Positions 47,401 through 58,047 of a stretch of DNA of 64,000 bases are shown piece by piece. Each line of letters opens with the position of its first letter. The stretch's first letter is position 1. Both the position numbers and the translations under genes were made by a program. Under the pieces are notes generated by a model, which saw nothing but the letters and a program-made list of their open reading frames with translations, was not told where the DNA came from and ran no database searches. Source of the DNA: Cyanophora paradoxa CCMP329 (lineage: Eukaryota; Plantae; Glaucophyta); assembly GCA_004431415.1 (NCBI GenBank), contig QPMI01000618.1:1-64000 (forward strand), written 5' to 3'.

Positions 47401-50400
47401 ATTTGGGTTTGGGTTTGAATTCAAAATCATGATTACGGGCTTTGCTGATATATATTGATGGACTCCGCAGCACGCTTCTTCCTCGACGGCGCCAGCCTCG
47501 CGTCGGTCCCCATCGTCGCGAACCCCGCCCCAGGCGCGCCGCCTTCTTCAAATTCCTCGCTTGTCATTAAATGCAAGGTCTGAGCGCGGCCGGCGAGCAC
47601 AGGCCCAAACGGGACGGCGGTGCAGGGGATGCTGACGTTCCACACGCTCCCGACGGACTCGGGCCCGAACCTGCCCTGGCGGCGCGGCGGCGCCGGCGCG
47701 GCCCTCTACTACAACCGCTCGGCCGCGGGCGGGTCCGACGAGCCCCGCCTCGGCGTCTATGTCGGTGCCCGCTTTCCCCTCAGGCTCTGGAATAAATACG
47801 AGGGCCTGCCCAGACTGCAGCTGACGCCGGCGCCGTAAATGTCCATGCGCAGTCGGCGGGTCGCAGCAGATTCCGAGCCTGCCCTCCCACCTCCTGCAGA
47901 GTGACCCCCTCATCTACGAGTACCGCATTCCTGGTAACCGAATTGCAAATTCGTTTACGGCTCACCTCGCATCGCTCAAGAGACCGCGCGCTCGGCCGCA
48001 GACCCCGCGGCGCCGACGAGCGATCCGGGCCCGGGGTGGCAGGCCCCGTACACGGGGCAGGCCGCCGCGTTCGGCTTCGCGACGACCGGCGTCTCCGCCG
48101 TCGACGACGAAGGCACCGTCTACTTTGTGGGCGGCTCGACCATGCACAGGTGACCCCTTTTCGGCTTGGTTTGGACAGGATAAGGCACTTCAATTTATAT
48201 CTTGTTTGCCATGGGCACGCCCATGTGCAGCTCGACCCCCAACAACTGGCTCGGGAGAGTCCGTGCGCACCCGCGGCCGCCCTCGAGCTCGAGCTCGTCA
48301 CGATCGTCCGCCCTGCTGATCATGAGGCGTGAGCAGGGAACGGAAATCTGACGATGCTGCCGACGATGCCGCGCATCTCGTTCTTCCACACGGCCCTCTA
48401 CGATAAGAAGCGGAAGTGGATCCTCGTCGCCGCCGGTGCCGTCTGCTACGACGGTGCGAGCTCAAGAAAGGACCGATCGCAAGATCCTTCGGCCAGCGCG
48501 CTCACGGTAATTCGAATTGCATGGACAGGTAATCCAATGTACGCCCCTGGCTACGTTGACCCAGCGTACGAGGACCAGAATTTCAACACGTGCGCTTTTC
48601 TTTAGTAATATAATTAGCTAATTAGCTTCCATTCCGCGGGGCGCACCGCTCTATTCCGCGGGGCGCACCGCGGAACTCGTGATCACGTTCGATAAGAGCT
48701 GGCGCTCTTAATTATAATGAGCCGGCGCCAGGTGCAATGACATCATGCGATTTGACGTGACAAGCAACGCGTGGGACGTTCCGTACCCCCACAACCCGTC
48801 CGGGCGCATGCCGCCGCGCCGCAACGCACTCGGTGCTCTCTACAACGACCGCTTCTACATTTTCTCCGTGCGGCCCGACGTCGACCGGCCTGCATTTGCG
48901 GTCGCATTTCCGCTCAAGCTGACTGCGATTGTGATATCCGGCAGGGCTACCGGCGAGATCTGCCGTGGACCGACCTTGCCTTGGCTGATCTGTACTTCGC
49001 CGAACTCTCTGACCTCGCCGCCGGCTGGCGCAAGGTACTTGTTGAGAGAACCGTGTTCAGATATCGATATCATTATATATACCGCGCTCGCTGATTAATC
49101 CGGATCCGATGATCTGCCGGGCGCTCGAAGGTGGCGATCTCCGGGCCCCAGAAGCGCGGCGTGGACGGCGTCGCGTTCATGTGCCGCTCCTTCTTCGTCG
49201 TGGTCCAGTCTCCGAACCCCGCAGGGGCCAGCCCCGGCGAGATCGGGCTCGGGGAGAGCCCCTGGCGCCACGCCGTCTACCTCGACCTCGACACCGTGCG
49301 GCCCAACGCGAACGCCTCCGTCGACGGAAACTACACCGTGCCCGCTGCTGTTGACGTCGATTATAGCGTGTCGATCGCTTAAACCTGAAGGCCGCACAGG
49401 TAAACGGGTGGGGTCGCATACCCCTCGTACCACACGACGCGGCGCCGGTGTGGCAGACGGCGCACTGGTACACCTCCACAGATACCACTTCACGTACGCC
49501 ATCTTTTCCCTTCTCGTCCAATGAGCGGCTTTCGTTGTACCCAATCGCTGAATCTCGCCGCAGTGCCGCCGCGGCCCCGCTCCCAGATCTAGATGACCGC
49601 TGCGGCGTGCGCAAGAGCTTTCGAAATCATTCGAGCTGTCCTGTATTTCTTGTTGATAGTCCGTCGCAGTTCTTTGCGTTCGCGCACTTCATCTACAGCT
49701 ATATGGTCCCCGTCCCCATCAACGTTCTCGCGGTGTACATGGGCGAGATAGAGCCATCAGACCTCCGTGAGCTCAATTTCGTAGCTTCCTGGCTTTCCGC
49801 ATGTTTCTGATCATGACGCTTTAATGTTCGCAGCGTACACGAGTGCGCGTGAATTGATTGTCATGAATATCTGTGCATGCGCATACCCCATAGCGTCCCT
49901 TGCGCTCTCTAGATCTCTGACGTCCGCAGAGCTCGACGGGACCTCGGTGGTGGCGTGCCCAGCAAATGCAATTGCGCCCGGCGGCTCCCTCACGTGCACC
50001 TTCATCCCGCGGTCAGCGCGTCTCCCTTCCTTTGAATCTCTCTACGTTCGCCAGCCTCCAATTCTAATCGATTTCTCTGCTCTGCACAGACGCCTTGGCG
50101 TGTCGACGTTCTTCGCCGAAGGGCGCGCCAACCTCTCGCTCGCAGTCGACGGCGGCGTGCCCATCAGCGGCTCGAGCTCTGGGCGCCGCCTCGCCGCCGC
50201 CAGCTGCGGCTACGTTCCACCCATCGTGTCTTCCACGCAAGCCTCCCTCTCGCCCTCGCAAGCAATTACCAGCGTGCGCCCTCTGACCTCGTGCACTTAA
50301 TTTTCCAACTGGTCTCTTTGCCCCGTTTATGATTTCGATCGCAGTCGTTCAACTTCACGTACGTTGCTGGGACGACCCCCGGCTGCGGTCGGCGCTGCCT

Positions 50401-53400
50401 TGCGTCTGCGCATGCAAGCCCTTTTATCTTATTATTGCTGAACTCGTTTCGCGCAGTCCGGATCTACATCAACGGCGAACTGATTCCAGAGTCGAACGGC
50501 GGCCTCATCGCCGTTGGAAACCGTACGCTCTTTGCGTCCTGCGTCCTTGCCGCGTCCACCGCTTTCTAAGTACAAGCTCCCGCGGGTCGTCAGAGTCCTT
50601 CACGTGCACGCTCCCCCCGCCCTGCGGCACCCCAACGCCCTCCCCGTCTCCCTTCGCCTCCCCGTCCACGTCCCCTTCTCCGTCACCCGTGCCGCCCGCT
50701 GCCCCCACGCCTTTGCCGCCCGGCCCCACGGTTCCGCCAAAAGATCCGACCCAACCTGCGCCCGTAAACGATACCCTCTCCGAATCCGGGGTGACGCCCA
50801 CCCCGCCCGCCAACGCCTCAAACGCGAGCAAGCCGGCACAACCGATCGAGATCGCGATCCAGCGCGGTGCGGTCGCTTCCGCCTCCGCCAGCGCTCGCCC
50901 GCGCGCACGCCCATGAGTTCGGGACCCCGCGCGCAGTTGTAATCGCGCGGGAGTCCGTCGTCGTTCGGATCGTCGCCGCTGCGGCGGCGTCCAATGGCAG
51001 CCCCGGCGGCCCGCCCTCCTCCGGCCTGCCGCAGGCCATGCTCGCCGGCTCGACTCAGGTCATGATCACTGAGCCAAATACGATGCATTTCGAAAATTCA
51101 AAGAAACTTACGATTCGAGCGCGCGCGCAGACGCTGGCGCTGCTGGTGTCGGGCCTGCCGGACCTCTCCGCCGTGGCGGCGCTCCACACGCCGTCCAGCC
51201 CCGCATTCCGCGTCGACGGCGTCTTCCTCCTCGCGCGCGCCTCCGCACGCACCCCCGTCGCGGTCCGCTCATTCAACCGCGCCGGCCCCATATGCATCCA
51301 AGCCCTGTGCTTCGTGATCGCACGTTTTCCATCCGTCTGACCTGTTCCTGCGCATGCGCTTCCGCTCTGTGTCTCCAGACGGTGCCGGTGCGGTCCGAGG
51401 TGGGCCGGTCGCTCCCGAGGAACGGGGCGCTCGCCGTGAGCTTCGACGTGCCGCGGGGTCTCCCCGCGGATGCCTACTACCTCGAGCTGCAGGTCCGCCG
51501 CTGTCCGCTGGCCTCCGCCGCGCGCCGCCATAATCTTAGGCTTTAATTTGATTCCATACCGAGTTTATTTTATTTTCACGTCGTCCGTGCAAACGCATGT
51601 CGTAACCTTGCATGCGCAGCTCATGGGCCGCTCGGACGCGGTGGAGGTCGTGCGCATTCAGGCGTCCGCCGCTACGGCTGCGTTGGCGACGCCTACACCG
51701 GCACCGCGGCTGACGCCGACGCCGACTTCGAATTCGAATGCGACGCAGCGGGCGATCCCGTCGGCGTCGCCCTCGCCTTCGCCCATCTTCAATCCGCAGC
51801 AGCGGCGGCGGCGGAGCCTGCGAGGCCTCCGCCAGTCGGGATCCACCCCCTCGACCCCCTCCTGGCTCGAGATCGCGTCGGATCGGGCGGGCCCCTTCCG
51901 CGTCGCCGGCCCCGGTGCGACCTCCAGCGCTAGCTCCCTCCCGTCCAAAGTCAAAACCGTCGTCCAAGAAGCAGCTCGAGCTCACGTCGGGTGGGCGGGG
52001 CGGCCGTAGGGGAGGACACGGCGCGGAACGTCGGGGCGGCGATCACGACGGTGACAGCGGTGACGATCGCCGCGTCGCTGGCGGCGGCGGCCGCCGGCGC
52101 CGGCTCGGGCCAGGGCGCCATCCAGGCCCTCAACAGTGCCCAGTTCATGGGCGCGCCCATATATACTCCAGCCGTTCTTATTACTACTTAGTCTTTAATC
52201 CTTCGATCATATGCATTTCGCTTTGGTGGTCTCGTATTTGCGACTCTGCGCAGCGTACTCCGGGTACCTCGGCGGCTCGGGCACAGCGTACTCAAACATG
52301 AGCGCCGGCGTCCAGTGGGCCCTCGGCTACTTCCCCACGCCGTAAGCTTTTGCGAAAGCTTTTTGTTGATATCGATTTCGATTGGTGACGACCTTCGCGG
52401 AAGGTGGGGCCAGGGTCCCATGAACCGGGGCGCCAGCAACGGGGGCGGCCTCCGCTTCCGGCGCCTCCTCCTCGGCGCCCGCGACATCGTCGCCTCCCAG
52501 GTGCGAGGCGCCGCGAAATGCCGCAGAACGCCGCAAAACGCCGTGACCCCTGACGTCCAACGTCAACACGCCCTGAACGGTTTTCACTCGCCTCAGAACG
52601 CGGACTTCGCCGTAGCTCACTTTCAGGAATCCCTCTTCTACACCGCAATCTTTCTCATCGCGGTAATGATGGACCCTTAAGCTTCTTCGCTGAGATAGTT
52701 ACGAAACTGCAATGTGCGAGGTCGTCGGCGTCCGCAGGCGGCGCTGCTGCAGACGCTCGGGGCGTGGGCGTTCTTCGGGCGGAGCAAGAAGCCGCGCGTG
52801 CTGGTCTTCCCCCGCCTCCAGGCGCTCCTTCTCCTCCTCACTAAAGCCTTTATAATTAATTTGCTTGAAAGTTTTGTCTTATGTATTCGGCACTGAAGGT
52901 CATTTTCCTGTACATCTTCTTCGAGGGCTTCTGCATCGCGGCCGTCGCGACAGCCACCCTCGCCGACGGCATGTGGTCCGTGCACGTTTCGTCGATCCCG
53001 AACGTTTCGTCGATCCCGAACGTTTCGTCGATCCCGAACGTTTCGTCGATCCCGAACATTTCGTCGATCCCGAGCGCCCTCGCCGCAGGTCGGTGGTCGC
53101 GGCCATCCTCTTCTTCGCTTTCGGCGGGTTCGCCGTCATCGGCACGGGCTTCGTCCTCGTCGTGTCCGCTCCCTTCGAAATCGCCCGAGCCGTCCTTAAT
53201 TTTGCCTAGACTCTTCTTACGGCCTTTCGATTTTGCAGGTTCCTGTACCGGCGGGGCCTGGTCGGCTACAAGGTCGACCCGGAACCCGAGCCCTCCTGGG
53301 ACGACCGCCTCTACGCAGCCGCCCTCAAGCGCGGCCGGTGGCTTAATTTCGTGACAAGCTTTTAAGTGAGGTTTCTTAGATTAATTAACGCTTTGTTGGC

Positions 53401-55654
53401 AGTTACGAGGAGTCGGTGGTGGGCCGGCCCGCCGGGGCTAGGGGCGACGTCGCCCTTTACGGCGGCGGCTCGAAGGCTGGAGCGGGGGTGGGCCCAGCTG
53501 CAGGGGCTAAGTACGCGGCTCCGACGGAGGTGCGGCTGGACTTCAGCGGCGGCGCCGCAGCCCTCGACTCGCCCCGTCGCCTCGCCAAGCTTAAGCCCGC
53601 TGGGGCTGAGGGGCCGGACGCGCTCAGCGCCGACGCCGTCACCGTGCGCCCCCGCCCGCCCGCCCGCCGCTTTGCTCTCCACATGTTTCGCCTCCGCTCT
53701 CTCTCTCTCTATTAGACGTTAGCTCCAATAACCCTCTGCATTTAATAGAATCGGTGCGGGGCGCCGGGCGCCGGGCGTCGCGCGCGCAGGTGGAGCGGCG
53801 CTTCTCGATCTCGCGCGGGAGGCTCGCGCTGGTCTACCTCGAGGCCGCCTGGCGCTGGCTTTACTACGAGTGCGCGGGGGCGGGAGGGGTGGGGGGGGTT
53901 GGGGTGGGGTTGGGGGTTGGGGGTTGGGGGGGTTGGGGGGGGGGGGGGGGGGGGAGGAATGTGAAGAGGGGCGGGGCGGGGGCGGGGCGAGGGCGGGGTG
54001 GGAGAAGGGTTGGGGGTGGGAGAAGGGGTTGGGGAGGGGGGACTGGGGGGGGGGAGGGGACTGGGGGTGGACTGGTGGGGGGGGGGGGGGTCGCGATCAG
54101 TTTAGTTTCCGATGCATCCCAAATATGCATCTCATAGGCTCACGGCGGGGCGGGCAGGGACGGGGAGTGGGTGGCGAACGTGGCGGACGGGTACGAGGGG
54201 CACGACCGGCGCTTCTTCCTCTCCCGCTTCCGCTTCCGCCACGCCTTCGGCATCCTCTTCTCCTGCTACGTGCGCCCGCTCCCAGATCGATATCGCGATC
54301 CTCCCTGCCCGATATCGATTCGAAACACTTGCACGTGATATCGATGTCCTGCCGATGCTGTATCCATATCTGATCCGCTACGGTTCCGCAGCGCTTCAAC
54401 GCCGCTTCGTGGCTCTTCGGCTTCTGGTGCCTCGTCCTTACAGCTTCCTTCTATACAGCGCGTCGTCAAGTTTTAACGCGCAGGCGCGCGCAGGGATGTG
54501 GTGAAGAAGGTCCTCGTGGCGCTCGTCGTGAGCCTCATGGTCACCGACGACAACGGCTCCAGCCTCGCCACCGGCCAGGCCCGCGCCACGCCTGACCGGG
54601 CGCTTCTTCGCAAGCGCACCGGGCTCTCACAAGCTGACCGTCGACGCGGGCGCCGCAGACGGCGCTCGCGCTACTCTTCATCGTCGTTGAGCAGATCTGG
54701 GTCGTCTTCGGACGGCCCTTCCGGTGCGGCCCCGGCGGCTGCGGACATTCCTTCCCATTTCTTGATATCGATGAGCGACGACGATGTTGATCGGCCCGCG
54801 CAGGTCGCGGTACGACAATATCATGACGTTCATCCTCAACATCCTTCAGGTTTCTGATTTATATTTATTGCAACCCCGGCCGTTCCTTCGCGCCCCGCTC
54901 AGCCAAGCCATTCATATCCATTTACTAAACACTAAACAGTTCATCGTGGTGGTGCTGGTCCGCGTGTCGGGGGCCATGGAGCTCGAGGAGCCGCCGCACC
55001 CCCGCGCCACCCAGGCGAGCCCACGCGTCAATCCGCGGCTGTCATCATCTCTTATGATTCAATTTTTCTTTCCCGAGCGCCTGACCGCGCCGGCCGGTGC
55101 CGGTGCCGGGCCGGGGGCGGCAGGTGGTGGAGGCGGCGCTGGCGCTGAACCTCGTCGCGACGGCGCTCCTCGCGCTCGACCAGATCGTCGCCCTTGTCCC
55201 CGTCCTCCAGGCCCGCCCAGGCTTTGCGAGCCGCTTAGCGACCCACCTGAGCGCTTTCTTGGGTGCGCAGGCGCTGGTGTCCGGGGCGAAGGAACGGCTG
55301 GCGGGGCGGCCGCGGGGCGCGTCGGCGGCGGACTGGCCGGTGCAGGACGGCTCGCCAGCGCGGCAGTCCGCGCGGGCCATCCAGCTCTCGCCCCCGGCCC
55401 CCTCGCCCGCGGCCGGGCCCGCGGCCGGTCCGGCGTCGCCCCCCTCGGCCTCGCAGCGCCCCGGCCCCAGCTGGAGCCCGCTGGCCCCGGGCGTGCGAGG
55501 CCCGAGCGGCGGCGCCAGCGCCCCAGTGCCCTGGGGCCCGGCGCCCTTCCCCGGCGCCAACCTCTCGCCGCAGCCGTCCTTCGTCGCGAGCGTAACCAAC
55601 AACGATGTCTCGGACCGCGGAATCGAAAGCAGCCTCCAAACCTTCTACTTTTAG
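43383..55654 (+). CDS. Large surface membrane protein: signal peptide, two kelch-like propeller + beta-sandwich modules, Pro/Ser/Thr stalk, C-terminal TRP/Flc-like multi-TM domain
   Basis: Signal ELAAALFLSLAFLVALSSLPGAALA. Duplicated motifs GTVYFIGG/GTVYFVGG, CNDILYYSVESNAW/CNDIMRFDVTSNAW, FADLGDLAAGWRQ/FAELSDLAAGWRK. Stalk PTPSPSPFASPSTSPSPSP. TM region GAIQALNSAQFMAYSGYL..YSNMSAGVQW, FPRLQVIFLYIFFEG, FGILFSCY, GRPFRSRYDN. Stop TAG 55652-55654. Single-gene status inferred from the absence of an internal stop or second signal peptide. Confidence 0.75.
44383..44416. repeat. (AC)n microsatellite in an intron
   Basis: About 17 AC units read directly. Confidence 0.95.
52985..53073. repeat. Five-copy 18-bp intronic minisatellite CGTTTCGTCGATCCCGAA
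   Basis: Read directly; fills most of the intron between GGCATGTG|gtccgt and ccgcag|GTCGGTG. Confidence 0.95.
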
Positions 55655-56257
55655 ACCTCGTTGCCGATTCAGGGCTTGCAATTGTTCTATCATATATAGT
55701 AGTACGCTATTCGACTTCCTCTCGCCTGTGAATACCGAATGTGAATTTCTAGAGAAATTGTGTTGATTAGGCCTTCTATTTGTATACGTAATCATATAAT
55801 TCGTATATGCAGTTCATTTTGAGATTAAGAGTCGCTTCCGAGATCCGCTCTCGAGCATTCAAATATTAGCTTCCGAGAATCTCTTAAGAACATTTGTGCC
55901 TAGAGCTACAGTCGGACTTTCATCATAGCTATAGTTGCATTTTATTTACGCGATTGAACGATCGCGAACCCAATACGAACCGCAAGCTCTGCGAGCTGAA
56001 TCGCTTTAGCCAATCGCGAGGCCACCCCCTATCGCCCCCCCCCCCGCCCCCCCCCCCCCCCCCCCCGTATACGTACACACACACTCCGCACCCCCCAGAC
56101 CCACCGATATGCACAGCAAGGCGATATATTAAATTATTTTTGTTACTATAGCTACTGCTCCCCAACAAGGCGGCCAGGCCGCCGCGGGTCCGGGCGCTTC
56201 CGAGTTCCCGATCGCGACCGCAGCTCTCGGCGTGGCCCGCCCGAGCCCGGGCCCGGC

Positions 56258-57675
56258 TCAGAGGAGGTGCTCGGCGGGGGCCGCGAAGGGGAAGGCGCCG
56301 GCCTCGTCGCCCGCCACCGCCCCCTCCGCCAGCGCCCCCTGCCGGGGGGAGTTAGGGGGAGGGGAAGGGGGGGGGGGTGGGGGGGGGGGGCGGGAAGCGG
56401 GCGAGGGGAGGAGGGATCAGCAGACCCCCCCCAACCTCTACCCCCTCTTCTCTCAAGCTAGAGCTCAGGCTCCCCTGTTTGTGTAGCCCCCGCCCAACCG
56501 GCGCCCGGCACGCACCTCGCCGCCGAACGCATGCGCGTCGTCCGCCCCCGCGGCGTCCGACGGGCCCGCCGCCTCCGCCGCCTCCTCGAAGCCCGCGCCC
56601 TCGTCCGCCGCGTACGGTACCACGTCCAGCTGGGGGTACGGCTTGAGAGAGGCGGGGGGGGGGGGGGGGGGGGCGCTCGGAAAAGAAGAAAAGCGGACCT
56701 GGAAAACTTTGGCGTACCCCGTCATCTGGGCGCCCCGGCCGATCGCCGAGCCGAGCACGCCACCTGCTGCCGCGTCAAGCGAGCCTGAAGCGGGGGGAGG
56801 GGGAAGCTGGAGGGGGGTACCGTAGCAGCCGGCCTTGTACTTGGCCATGGCGTCGTAGCGGTCCTGTTACGGGTTCAGGCGGGGCCGGTCGCGGGTTCGG
56901 GTCGCGGGGCGCGCGCCCTGGGGGCGGGGCCCGAGCAGCAGTGGACGTTGCGGAGCTGCGCGCTCGCGGCCTCAGCTAAGCGGGCGACGTGGAGAGGGGC
57001 GGGCTGGGCCGGGGTCCGAGCCGCTGAGCCGGCCAGCGCGCGGGCCGATTCCGGCCCGGCTCACCGTGTCCTGGTTGAAGTCCAGCTCGATCTTAGCGAC
57101 CGCGTACGTCGAGTCTGGCGCAGACGAGCGATTAGGGCGCCGCGGGCGGAGAGCCGCGGGGCGCCCGGCCGCACCGGCCGGGCAGCAGTAGGTCTTGCCG
57201 TCGGGGCTCCCGGGGACCTTCCCCCCAATCGATCCCTGATGCTCGCCCCACATGTCTCTGCACGCGCCCGCACGCGCACAGGTCACGGGAGCCGAGCGCG
57301 CGAGACATGTGCGTGTACACGTGGCGGCAGCGCACGTGTTTTCGGGCTTCATCCATCCGTGCGCGTTCTGGATCAGGTTCGCGGCCGGCTTCGTGTGGAA
57401 CTGTGCATGTGGTCCGCTGCGTCAGCTGCAGTCGAGCACTAGTACTAGGGCTAGGGAGCTCACCGCAAGCTTCCACGATGGGAGGTCGAGGACCTGCGGG
57501 GACGAGGCGCCGCGGATGTCAGCGGCAGCTCGCTCAAGACGTTGACATGCATGTGGACAGCTGCAGACGCGGCTCCGCGGCGCACGTTGATCAGCCCGCG
57601 GGACCTGCAGACGCCGGTCGCTGCCTCCGGCTGGTAGCCGTCGGCGATGTTCCGGGCTTGTGCCTGGATGCTCAT
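56258..57675 (-). CDS. Hypothetical protein with Cys-Cys motifs and acidic tail; 5' end uncertain
   Basis: Consistent spliced chain: TGVCRSSTSHRGSLRGPHAQFHTKPAANLIQNAHGWMKPENTDMWGEHQGSIGGKVPGSPDGKTYCCPADSTYAVAKIELDFNQDT / LRNVHCCS / DRYDAMAKYKAGCYGSLD..GYAKVFQ / ..AEHLL*. TGA at 56258-56260. Confidence 0.55.
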
Positions 57676-58047
57676 GACCTTCGCCGGCCGCGGGCGTCAG
57701 GACGCTTAAGTGGGCCCGGGCACGAAGCGTTCTCTGCAGCTAGCTGCACGGGAAGCGTTCTCTAGGGCCAACTCGCTGTAGCTAGAGGCTAGAGCACCAG
57801 CGCTAGCGCTAGCACGCGTGCTCGCTTCGCGGCGCCCTGGAGCACGTACGTATATCGATGTGCTGCTGATGAAAATGTTGGCGACGTACCCCCCGCGGAA
57901 GATTCCGTACCCTTCAATCTTTCAAAAAATTGCAGAATTCATGCAGCATGCGCAAGATCTAGCTATAGACTGCCGAAGAGTAACAGCAGCGGCAGAAGGG
58001 AAGAGCCCGGGCCGGGTGCCCGCCGGGCCGGCGCGGGGGCTACTAGG

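Noticed and set aside
52856-53059. FGIDET-repeat protein
   Set aside because: Antisense translation of the intronic 18-bp minisatellite.
53888-53940. Interstitial telomere (TTGGGG)n
   Set aside because: Only a few irregular units within an error-prone G-tract.
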